Source: Macrostomum lignano (lineage: Eukaryota). Taken from it: DNA of 34,960 nucleotides. Position 1 is the first letter of the stretch. Every line of letters begins with the position of its first letter. The stretch covers positions 1 to 34,960 of the forward strand of contig NIVC01001923.1 in NCBI GenBank assembly GCA_002269645.1, read 5' to 3'. The translations under genes were made by a program, and so were the position numbers. The notes beneath the pieces were generated by a model. It saw only the letters and a list, made by a program, of their open reading frames with translations. It ran no database searches and was not told the DNA's origin. Shown piece by piece: positions 10,946-22,800 of the stretch.

Positions 10946-11345
10946 GGGAGAGTGCGCATACATATCGGGAGGGGCGCCTGAGGCGGGGAGGGCGCCTGCG
11001 GCATACATGTCGGGGGAGGGCGCGTGCGGCGGGGAGGGGCGCCTGCGGCATGGACGCCTGCTGCTCGGGAGGGTGCGCTTGGGATCTGATTGATTTGGGA
11101 TCTGATTGATTTGGGATCTGATTGATTTATTGGGATCTAATATCGGTAGGTGCGCCTGCGGCTGGGGAGGGTCGCCTGCGGCTGGACGGCGCTTGACGCC
11201 ACGCGCCTACGGCGCGCGCGCGCCGAGCGCCGATATCGATACGGGTATCGATCACCTAGTGATCGGGGCGCCAGCCAATGAGAGGCGAGGAGGGTTGACA
11301 CCCACCCCACCTCCAAAATCAACCGTTACGGGTTCATATAGTAGT
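10946..11345 (-). repeat. right terminal inverted repeat (400 bp)
   Basis: Reverse-complement identity to 7214-7613. Confidence 0.95.
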
Positions 11346-11361
11346 AACGGTCATGTCATGT

Positions 11362-11590
11362 CGCCCCTGGTGCTGGCGCCCCTGGTGCTGGCGCCCCTGG
11401 TGCTGGCGCCCCTGGTGCTGGCGCCCCTGGTGCTGGCGCCGCTGGTGCTGGCGCCCCTGGTGCTGGCGCCCCTGGTGCTGGCGCCCCTGGTGCTGGCGCC
11501 CCTGGTGCTAAAGCCCCTGGTGCTAAAGCCCCTGGTGCTAAAGCCCCTGGTGCTAAAGCCCCTGGTGCTAAAGCCCCTGATGCTGGCGCT
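11362..11590. repeat. 15-bp GC-rich minisatellite, about 15 copies
   Basis: (gcccctggtgctggc)n switching to a block of gcccctggtgctaaa variants. Confidence 0.95.
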
Positions 11591-11651
11591 CTTTGGTATC
11601 TATTGATACTAGCGAGTATCGTCAGCAAGTTTTGATTCTTTCCCAAATTAT

Positions 11652-11943
11652 TCAAGTGTGTATGGCGGAGACTGGTGGACGATTGAGCTGAGGCTGGTGA
11701 CTTTGTCTCGAGCAGCGTTTCTGCTGCTGCTGGGCGACCCGAGCGACTCGGCGACCACTCTGAGACTGCTGGCTACGAGCGTACGGTCAGTAGCTTTTAT
11801 GACGCCTTTGTTTGACTGCATGAGATATTTTAAAGTCAACTTTGTTTTTTACACCTTTTCAGATCTATCATTCTGGCCGTCTGTCCGCCCAGTTACTGCA
11901 CAGCAACGGCTCCCAAATTGCAGGGCGGACGTCTTCATGTTGA
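11652..11943 (+). pseudogene. third crumbs-family fragment (LamG2 exon end, 77-nt intron, next exon start, then stop)
   Basis: [40 protein letters not shown], intron 11786-11862 (GTCAGT...ttttcag), [26 protein letters not shown]. No flanking crumbs exons were found. Confidence 0.8.
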
Positions 11944-13585
11944 ACTTGACAAATCAATATTATAATTTTGACAGTATGATCAGTACAACTGAATCAGGTT
12001 CCCATTCGATTTTGATAACTTTCAAAATGCCAATTATTTCTGCTTAAAATGGCTGGCCTTTTCTTAAGTTGATGCTCGACTTCTTAAATAAAATGAAAGA
12101 ATCGATTTGATAATCTTCAATGTACGAGGCCCATTGAATGTTCAAATCTACCTATTGAATATGCTAGCGCTTATGGAGAAAAATCCAACCTTCCTGCAGA
12201 ATCGTCGAATATCTCAAAGGTCCGGTGAGCTACCGACTTGTTAATTCTTGTTTGAGAAGGTGCGCAAACTCAAGTTGGCCCGTGTTTTGGAATTTTGTGT
12301 GCCTGCGTTGCTGTCGAAGGCGGGATCCCCCTTGGTGTTTCGACAGGAGGAAAAGTGTGCTTTCTTTCCAAGCTTCATTCACATCAGCACAAGAAGTGAT
12401 ATTGGAGAGCGGTCAGTAACGCTCATATTACAGCTGAATTGTCTTAAAATATACTGTCACTAATGCTACCCTTTTTCTACTTTAACTGTTTAACGTTTCT
12501 GAAAGGACGAAGTAATCAAGAAAACCACGTAGGAAAAGCTGGGTTGCATCAAAGCTCGAGCACTAGTTTAGTTATTAGTAATTTGAAGCTATCTACCAAG
12601 ATTGAAAAATGAAAAGTATAAACAATATTATAAATAGATTTGAGCATGATTATTTATTTAAACTGCCGATGCAGCAATGCATCATAAATCATTGTGATAA
12701 ATTTGAAATAAAAACGCAACTTGTGTATTCATAATAAATTTAACATTTAAGTACAACATGCCCGCCAAAAACTGCTGCAGCTGTTTGGAATAAAAATTAT
12801 GTCACACATTATCAGTCGTTAATTCAAATAGGTAGCATATCAAAAAATTCTTTACTCAAGTTTTTTGAGCTAGAAAAATAAAAATAAAATAAACTGAATT
12901 GATCGAAGCGACCACAGCAAAGGCCAATGTTTGTTCAACAAGTGTGGAATTTACTAACCAATCTAAGCAATACTTTTTGATTAATTAAGTGCAATAAAAC
13001 TAAAAAACATACAATTACAAGTAAAAACCTGGAAATATAAGAATGGATTATAAAAAAATATATAATTTTCCTGCGAACTTATAATTTCAGCTCGCAGACC
13101 AGCACTTAATTAATTAATTATTACGAGTCTGAAACAGCTTGCGTTGCTTAATCATCTGAAATGCAGTTCTACAAGACAGTCAAATTAGATTTTAAAAATA
13201 CACGCAAAATATATAAAGCTGATTATAACAATTTTTAATATACGGCTGGAAAAAATATTAACAGTTAAGCTGTCTGCTGGAAATAAAATATCAATGAAAA
13301 TGTATGCGCCTAATAGTACAGGAAGCACTTGTGAATATCTGCTGGTTATAAACAGAAAACTGAGAATGTTCTCAAGCACAGTTAAAAACACAGTGGAATG
13401 TTACTGCAGTGAACCCGCCCACCTCAATACTGTACTCAATTTACAACATTTTTGTACAACACTTCTACTAATAATAAAACAGTTAATACATGTACCATAA
13501 AAACTATTAAATCTTTATGACGTGTTATTAAACATCTAATAACCACAATATCTCATGACAATACATCGCAATGGAAATTAGCAAG

Positions 13586-13591
13586 TTTATT
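13586..13591 (-). promoter_or_regulatory. candidate polyadenylation signal AATAAA for crumbs
   Basis: First AATAAA on the minus strand, about 84 nt after the stop codon. Confidence 0.5.
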
Positions 13592-13674
13592 AATGTTCAT
13601 TGCAATTTCGCTTTGAAAAAGACATAATTCCCATATCTCATTTATAAGTGACAAAGTATTTATCAAGGACAGAC

Positions 13675-13817
13675 TCAAATGAGGCGCTCCTCAGGCGGTG
13701 GCCTCACAGGTGGCTGGGCCTGCGCGTGGGCGTTGCTCCGGCTCTCAGCCTTGGACGGGCCGTAGGTGCCAGACTCTTTGCGACGGTTCTGCACGTACTT
13801 GAATAGCAGCACTGCAA
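13675..13817 (-). CDS. crb: crumbs exon 9: cytoplasmic tail with FERM-binding (GTY) and PDZ-binding (ERLI) motifs
   Basis: cttccag acceptor; [46 protein letters not shown]. Confidence 0.96.
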
Positions 13818-16800
13818 CTGGAAGTTCGGGTTGAAATAAAAATTAAATAATAACAATTAAGTCATTTTACGATTAGCTTACTTTTAGTAGAGTTTGCCGG
13901 CTTAGAAATTTAAACTTTGCATAAGACCGGTTCAGGAAGTGGATTAATACAGATTGATAACTGATTACAGCAGATTGATAACTGATTACTGCAGATTGAT
14001 AACTGATTACAGCAGATTGATAATTGTTTACAGCAGATTGATAACTGATTACTCTAGATTGATAACTGATTACTGCAGATTGATAGCTGATTACTCTAGA
14101 TTGATAACTGATTACTGCAGATTGATAACTGATTACTGCAGATTGATAACTGATTACTATAGATTGATAATTGTTTACAGCAGATTGATAACTGATTACT
14201 GTAGATTGACAACTGATTACTGCAGATTGATAGCTGATTACTCTAGATTGATAACTGATTACTGCAGATTGATAACTGATTACTGCAGATTGATAACTGA
14301 TTACTATAGATTGATAATTGTTTACAGCAGATTGATAACTGATTACTGTAGATTGACAACTGATTACTGCAGATTGATAACTGATTACTGCAGATTGATA
14401 ACTGATTACAGCAGATTGATAACTGATTACAGCAGATTGATAACTGATTACAGCAGATTGATAACTGATTACAGCAGATTGATAACTGATTATTGCAGAT
14501 TGATAACTGATTATTGCAGATTGATAACTGATTACGGCAGATTGATAACTGATTACTGCAGATTGATAATTGTTTACAGCAGATTGATAACTGATTACTG
14601 CAGATTGATAACTGATTACAGCAGATTGATAACTGATTACTGCAGATTGATAACTGATTACTGCAGATTGATCATTGTTTACAGCAGATTGATAACTGAT
14701 TACTCTAGATTGATAACTGATTACTGCAGATTGATAGCTGATTACTCTAGATTGATAACTGATTACTCCAGATTGATAACTGATTACTGCAGATTGATAA
14801 CTGATTACTGCAGATTGATAACTGATTACTGCAGATTGATAACTGATTACTGCAGATTGATAACTGATTACTGCAGATTGATAATTGTTTCAGCAGATTG
14901 ATAACTGATTACTGTAGATTGACAACTGATTACTGCAGATTGATAACTGATTACTGCAGATTGATAACTGATTACAGCAGATTGATAACTGATTACAGCA
15001 GATTGATAACTGATGACAGCAGATTGATAACTGATTACAGCAGATTGATAACTGATTATTGCAGATTGATAACTGATTATTGCAGATTGATAACTGATTA
15101 CTGCAGATTGATAACTGATTACTGCAGATTGATAACTGATTACTGCAGATTGATAACTGATTACTGCAGATTGATAACTGATTACAGCAGATTGATAACT
15201 GATTACTGCAGATTGATAACTGATTACTGCAGATTGATAATTGTTTACAGCAGATTGATAACTGATTACTCTAGATTGATAACTGATTACTGCAGATTGA
15301 TAGCTGATTACTCTAGATTGATAACTGATTACTGCAGATTGATAACTGATTACTGCAGATTGATAACTGATTACTGCAGATTGATAACTGATTACTGCAG
15401 ATTGATAACTGATTACTGCAGATTGATAATTGTTTACAGCAGATTGATAACTGATTACTGTAGATTGACAACTGATTACTGCAGATTGATAACTGATTAC
15501 TGCAGATTGATAACTGATTACTGCAGATTGATAACTGATTACAGCAGATTGATAACTGATTACAGCAGATTGATAACTGATTACTGCAGATTGACAACTG
15601 ATTACTGCAGATTGATAACTGATTACTGCAGATTGATAACTGATTACTGCAGATTGATAACTGATTACTGCAGATTGATAACTGATTACTGCAGATTGAT
15701 GACTGATTACTGCAGATTGATAACTGATTACAGCAGGTTGATAACTGATTACAGCAGGTTGATAACTGATTACAGCAGATTGATAACTGATTACTGCAGA
15801 TTTATAACTGATTTCTGCAGATTGATAAATTGTTCTGAGTGGTCCAAGAATCGAACCCCCAATCTTTCAGTCGTGATTCCGACGCTCTAACCACTAGGCT
15901 ACAACCCGCTTTGCTGCAGATTGCTGAGAACATATCTAATTAGAAGTTGGCACAAGTATAAAATGAGATATCAAATTAATTAATAACTCTTGGCATTGCA
16001 TGCCAAGAAGCACGATCACAATAGGCAGGCTGACACATACTGAACGGGGCTAACAAGGCTCAAAGTTAAATAATTTATAACCTAAACTCTCTCCCACGTG
16101 GGTAAATTAAGAAACTCTTCTGCCTAGATAAGAATTAAAAAGAAAATTGTGTCATTCTGTAAATACAATTCTGTATAGCTGTTGTTTGCGTGTCTGTCAC
16201 GGGAGTGTCTATCAGTGAAGTGTCTGTCACTGGAGTGCCTATCAGTAAATTGTCTGTCACTGAAGTGTCTGTCACGGGAGGGTCTGTCACTGGAGTGTCT
16301 GTCACTGGAGTGTCTGTCACTGGAGTGTCTGTCAGTGAAGTGTCTGTCAGTGAAGTGTCTGTCACGGGAGCGTCTGTCACCGGAGTGTCTGTCATTGGAG
16401 TGTCTGTCACTGGAGTGTCTGTCAGTGAAGTGTCTGTCAGTGAAGTGTCTGTCAGTGAAGTATCTGTCACTGGAGTGTCTGTCAGTGAAGTGTTTGTCAG
16501 TGAAGTGTCTGTCAGTGAAGTGTCTGTCAGTGAAGTGTCTGTCAGTGAAGTGTCTGTCAGTGAAGTATCTGTCACTGGAGTGTCTGTCAGTGAAGTGTTT
16601 GTCAGTGAAGTGTCTGTCAGTGAAGTGTCTGTCAGTGAAGTGTCTGTCAGTGAAGTGTCTGTCAGTGAAGTATCTGTCACTGGAGTGTCTGTCACTGAAG
16701 TGTCTGTCACTGACGTTTCTGTCACAGAAAGTGTCCGTCACTGCAGTTTCAGCTGCATCAACATTAACTCACCAACAGAGATGATGATGACGAGGCCCAC

Positions 16801-19800
16801 AACGGACACGGCGATGATGACAGCCGTGGAGACGCTCGCAGTGGCGCCAAGTTTCGCCGAGCAAGTGTCGCCATAGAAGCCATCAGTGCAGCTGCACTCG
16901 AACTTGTTCCACAGATCGGTGCACCTGCCAGAATTCTGGCACACGTTCTCTGCCCGCTCGTTGACAGTAGTCTGGCACACCTGGTCGCCATGACAACCGA
17001 TCATAGGTGCGGACACTGACTCCGAGGCCCACTCGAACCCGACAGCTCCGCTAGGAAGCAGCGATCGATTCGCCAGAGGTGCCAGACGACCGTTGAGTCG
17101 CACGTTGTCAAGGCAACCTTTGAATTTGACGCCGCCCAAGGTAACCTTGGCAGCGGAGTCTAGCAACAAGTCGGTTGCTAGGGCAGACTTGCTGGACACC
17201 GAGACCGAGTCGCTGCTATTGACAGATACCTGCAGGCTGAGAGGTGAGCCCGCAGAACAATTTACGCTAAAGGTGAACGGTAAACCCGTTGCTATGCCAA
17301 CCGCTACCAACGCTGTCTGGTTGTCAAGGCCGGCCTGCAGTTGACCGGAGCTGCAGCCCACAGTCAGCTGACGACCGCCGCTGGACACTGACAGCAGCTG
17401 ACAGTCCGACTGACGGGTTCGAGCCCACCCGGTAACCGTTGCTAGGGACTCATTTAGACTGGATGCGGACAGAATCAGCTGACTGCTGCTGGGCGGCGAC
17501 TGCAGATTGCTGCCGAATGTGGCAGCCGCGCGACCTGGCAATGGGGAATTGATGGTCACTTGTGTCAAACGTGACAACAGTCACTTGTGTGTCGCCACAG
17601 AGTCGCTGCAGGTAACACAGGTAAAATACTTGTAGGAAAGAAGTGACTCTACATGTAGATGACTCTAAAGCAGCGATCGGAAAACTCCGGCCCGCGAAGC
17701 CTCTCTATCCGGACCTCGGGTTCTTTGAAACTTCACAATAGCGATCCAGCTCGCTCAAGGTTTGTCTCTTCTCATCTCCTCCCCTAATCACATATCCTAT
17801 CTCATCTCTCCTCCCTTTCTTCTTCTCTCTCCCCCATTCCCTCTCTTTGACGCGCTTGTCTGGCCAGCAGCAATGATCTAGCTTCTTTACCCGGCCCTTG
17901 AAATAAAAAGTTTGTCGACCCCTGCTCTAAAGCGACGAGATGTCACGGTACAAATCGCCAAAAGTGGTCAAAAAGTCGTATAGGAGAGTTAATTTGAGGC
18001 GTCTTATTGTCTGCGACTTTGAAACGACTTTTAAGCCGTAGATTCAGTCGTATTTGATGCGCGCGCTAGATTTGCAGTAAAACCACTGGGTAGATTACCT
18101 TGATGAATATGAGTCAAATCTCTAAACAAATTTAGGCGTCAACACAGCAACTCTTTTGAGTCGTCCAACTTACGTGGCGAGCTTGTACGCAACAGCCGCC
18201 TCCCAAACGAATTTGACGCGTTTGAGTCGTTAAAAAGTCACAATAGTCAATTCAGAGTCACTTTAGAGTCACTAGCGAGTTGTTTGAAATGACTTTAGTA
18301 AGTTTTCAAAGGGATTTTGGAGAGACTGAATAGGGGATTTGGGACTTTAGGGAAATAAAAATCACAGATTAATACAAGCAAAATTCTCTCACACTCAAAT
18401 CCACCGGAGCCGTCCAGATTGACGCACTGGGTGCCGTTCGGACACGAGCCGGCGGATGGGTGGCACAGGTCTCGGTCTGAGCAGTTGCGTCCTCGCCATC
18501 CAGCGGTGCAATTGCACCTACGAGTAAAAATGGAAAATTACTACCAAACTTATCAAATTAAATTTTTGTAGTGACGCATGGATCTTAGTGGGGAGGTCAT
18601 GGGAGCTCAAATGACTCTCTACAATAAAATAAAGAAGCAATCAGCAAAGCCTCACGAGTAGGAGTTGTAAAACACATCCGAACAGTTCCCTCCATTCTGG
18701 CAGGGTGTGAAAGCTACGCAGACGCTCTCAGTGCGAGCCCCAGTGGTCACTTCTGTGGAGTTGTCGGCGCTAACGGCTGTTGGCAGGCTGTCAATCAACC
18801 CGGCGGGCACAGGGCCCAGCAGTAGCGGCGTGTCACCGTTGAGTCTCACTGAGCTCAGCACTCCGCGAAATGCCGTTGTGTCATTGCCAACAGCTGCGGC
18901 GACACTGGATGGCAGCGATCTCCTTGATCTGCTGACGCTGCCGCTCAACGGCGGAGCCGGGGCTGGCTTGGCGCCGCTGAAGCCGCCGATGATGAGCTGG
19001 CCTGACAGCTGCGGCAGCGGACTCGCACTGCTCAGCGATGCCGACCTGACTGAAGATGACACTGACAGCGACAGCGAGCGACCCGATATCGACACGGAGA
19101 TATTTACGGAGACGAAGCTGCCGGTGGCCACCGAGTCTGAGGACGTCAGCGCTGCGATGTCGGAGCCGTTGCTGTGCAGTAACTGGGCGGACAGACGGCC
19201 ACTGTTGTCAATCTGAAAGTTAGTAAATGGCTCAACTGATAGTCAATGCAGTTTTGCTTTTGGACAATTCAAGCATAGGGACGAATATTTTTGAAAAACT
19301 ACGCTTAGGACTAGCAAATAAATAAACAAATATTAATGTGCTTTGTTTGACGTTAATCCAAACAAGACGTCGAGACACGCTGTTTACGGAAAAGCCACCG
19401 GTAAGATTCACGTAGTAAAAGTCAGTAATAAAAAAACTGACTAATTATAAATGGATTCACTTGGATTCATTTGGTTTTCTACAAAAGACACTGACCGAAG
19501 CGAGCAGTCTCGGAGTGGTCGCCGAGTCGCTCGGGTCGCCCAGCAGCAGCAGAAACGCTCCTCGAGACAAAGTCACCAGCCTCAGCTCAATCGTCCACGA
19601 GTCTCCGCCATACACACTTGACACACCTGCTGCAGACGCGAAGCTCGCTGATGACACGCTGCCGCCCAAACCCAGTGAGAACGATGGAAGCTCAACGGAG
19701 CAGTTTCGGCCTCCGAAGCCCGCAGCGCAGTGGCACACAAAGTCATTCCACACATCTGAGCACATCGAGCTCGTCTTTGCTTCACAAGGCGACGGGCTGC

Positions 19801-22800
19801 CGCACTGCACCGACCGACTGCAGACTCCCCAGGTCGCGTTGCTCGACTCCGCCGTCCTCTCCGTAGCGACCAATGTCGAGTCGTTCGTCACGAGCCGCAG
19901 GTCTCTCACGCAGCCGCGGAAGCCGCCGCCGTCGATGCCGGATCCGCTCTCGCCGCCGACACGAACTGACATTCGACTGTTCGGCCTGAATGAGTCCGAC
20001 AGTCCATCGACCAGCTGTGCTCCAGGCATCTGACTCACTCCTGACTCACTGCGACTCAATGTCGCACTGCCATTGGTCAGCGAGACCGACAGCGTCAGCC
20101 AATCAGTAGAGGCCAAGCTGTCACTGATTGGCCAAGCGGCCCGACCAATCAAAGACGATGAGGCATTGAAGAGCAACAACACGAGACTGGAGTCGTGAGC
20201 GCCGACTCGGATGTCTCCCCAGTGAGACGAGAGCCGGACCAGATCGAAGTGGGCGAGACTCGTGCGGAACGACAGCTCGAAGGTGCAGTCAGCTGTTGTG
20301 GTGAAATTGGCGCTGAAACTGGACGTCCCGTTGAATGAAGCCAGAGTGTTCTCGTTGCACTGCGGTCCAGACCAGCCAGGCTTGCAGGTGCAGCGGTAGC
20401 CGTGATCAGGTGATGGCAGCTCGCGAAGAAGCAGCGGCTCGCAAGTAGCATTGTTCTCGCACGGGCTGGAGTCGCAGCCAGTCAGTCTGACGCTGCAGTT
20501 TTTGCCTCCGAACTCAGCGGTGCAGCCGGTGCAGGCATAATCCGCTACCAGATCCTTGCAGACGGCTCCGTTCTGACACGGCTGTCCGAACCGTTCGCAC
20601 TCGTTTATGTCGATTGAGCAGGTCGGGCCCTCGTAGCCGGGCAGGCAGTGGCAGGTGAATGAGGCCAGGCCGTCCGTGCAGCTCGACGCGTGAGCGCACA
20701 GGCTGCGGTTGGTGGCCGGGTCCAGACAGTCGTTCGGGTTGATGGAGCAGTCATTTCCAGATGAGCCTTTGGTGCAGAAAATGAACTATATTGGATAGTA
20801 ATTTGAGTGCAGGTGGACAAGTTGCAGGGAACACAGGTAAAAAAGCAAAGAAGTGACTCTAGACGACTCCAAAACGACGAGATGTCACGGTACCAGTCGT
20901 CAAAGTCCTTTAAGAGTCAATTTGAGGCGTTTTATTGTCTGCAACTAGTAAGTAAGCTGCGTTACTTTTTAAATTAGAATCGCATTTCGCACTAATAACT
21001 TATAGCAACTCTATTTAGTCTACTGAAGTTATCAGAAAGTTAAGCGCTAACACGATGGCTTTTGGAGGACTTTTTCGCGACTGTTTTAACAATTTTTGAA
21101 AGCATTCGATGTGCTCGTGACTCAAAACTCGCATCTTTATCTTATTACAGTCGTTTGAGTTGTTAAACGACACTAGGGTCACTAGGTCACTAGTCGTTTG
21201 AGTCACTAGGGAGTTGTTTGCAATGACACTTTAGCGATTCTTGTAACGCTAAGTGATAAGTGATAGTGGTAAGTTTAAATAACATATGATTCATACCGTT
21301 AGAAGTCAGTATTCCTTAAAGCACTTAGACCGACTTCTATCGGTCTAATTAAATGTTAGTGCAACGATCAAATAACACTACGATATGAGTTCGCTTGGCC
21401 AAGGTAGCTTCATTTCATCGATTTTAAAAAACTCAATTCATTATGCCACATGTCGACGGATTCTAAAATGACTTGCCTTTAAATACATTTTAAGTCCAAG
21501 GGTTTTTTCAGGTTGCGAGCACACTATGATATTAAGGGTCGCTTACACAAGCCTATGGTGTAAGGCTCAAAAGCGTTAGTTTCAAATTTTGTCGCAAATT
21601 GTTTAAATTGTGAACAAATGGCAGTGAGTGGACTCAGTGAATAGCAGAAGCTAACTGAACTCAGAAGAGAACTTACCATTCGGACAGAGGCACACAAACC
21701 CAGCAGCCGCTGAATAGTTAAACACACCATCAAATGGATATGGCAGGCTGGCATTGCCATACAGAGCCTGGTTGCTTCTCTCTAAGCAGGTGCCATTGTA
21801 GTGGCACGGGTTTGGACTGCAGTCCGGCTCATCCACCGTGCAGTTCCTGCCGGAGTAGCCAGCCAGACACTGGCATGTGTAATTTTTCACTCCGTCAATG
21901 CAGACGCCACCGTTGGAGCAGGGGTTGGATGGTGAAGCGCAATCGTCAATGTTTTCGCTGCAGTTGGCACCGCGAAATCCCGTATCGGAGCAGTTGCAGG
22001 TGTAGCTGTCAAGGTGTGGGCGCATTTTATGGGTTTAAATTAACCCACTTGACTATATAATAGAATTGATTGAACCGAAAATATACATTATGAAGAATGA
22101 AGGTTTTCATTTTTTTCAGCACAAAAGTCGTTATTGCTTTTGATAGAAAAGAGAGCCAGTGGTTATATTGTGATATATACTCAGCAACATTGAAAATTCG
22201 CCATTCTAGCTGTAGCTTTATAGCTTTATAGATTCGTAGCTTTAATCCGTCCAACCCTAGCACACCGCTTCCCCCACTTCATTCCTGAACTCAAGTCTGC
22301 CGCGTGGCGTAGCTAAGCTGCGTCACTCGCAAAGATCGAGAGACTTTACCTGCGATCTCAAAAGTGGCGACTACATAGTGAATATTCTGTGATGGCGACT
22401 TTTCGATGTTGCTGAGTATATATCTTGCCTTTTTTAAAGCTTTTCCTTTATAAAATACTCGTAGGATTCCATGTTAAATATAGGGGGGCCGTAGCCCAGC
22501 GGTAGCGGAGCTGCTCTGGTGTGCCAGCGACCCAGGCTCGATTCCAAGTGCAGTCACATTAATTTGGGGCTGAATTGGAATCTCGGCTTGGCTCTGCTCG
22601 TGCAATTAACGGCTTTGAGAGCCAACCCCCCCAAGGCGCAGTGAAGTGTACATGTCTAACGATAATATAAAGTTAGGGCCGCTGTACACTCCTGTGTGAG
22701 CGTGTGCCTGCGTACGTATCCGCGCGCTTGTATGCCTGCTCAGGGGAGTCGGCGGAATGGGCAGTAATGCCTCTCGCCGGTTGTGTGCCTATGTCGCTTA

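Larger units (their letters stand above)
7214..11345. mobile_element. 4132-bp non-autonomous TIR element, Polinton/Maverick-like (400-bp TIRs, 6-bp TSD AACGGT)
   Basis: 7214-7613 is the exact reverse complement of 10946-11345 by manual comparison. AACGGT flanks both ends (7208-7213, 11346-11351). Termini are ACTACT...AGTAGT. No transposase, integrase or polymerase ORF inside. The element itself is certain; the family assignment is inference. Confidence 0.85.

Noticed and set aside
11106-11655. APLVL and PGAPA collagen-like ORFs
   Set aside because: Translations of a TIR plus a 15-bp minisatellite.
13954-15890. Two long ORFs of ITDYCRL heptads (315 and 330 aa)
   Set aside because: They are the 21-bp satellite read in its stop-free frame, start at TTG, and lie antisense within a crumbs intron. 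There is no coding evidence.
13950-16730. CRISPR-like regular repeats
   Set aside because: Head-to-tail tandem units with no unique spacers, no cas genes, and a eukaryotic intron context.
16124-16876. Four overlapping about 200-aa repetitive ORFs ([20 protein letters not shown])
   Set aside because: Artefacts of a 15-bp minisatellite that is open in several frames.
17535-17577. ORF-track start of the LamG3 ORF ([15 protein letters not shown])
   Set aside because: Intronic. The acceptor at 17536-17535 completes the EGF cysteine (FE-C-RAAATF).
22485-22556. Functional tRNA gene
   Set aside because: The acceptor stem does not pair well and the sequence runs into a non-tRNA body; better explained as a SINE head.
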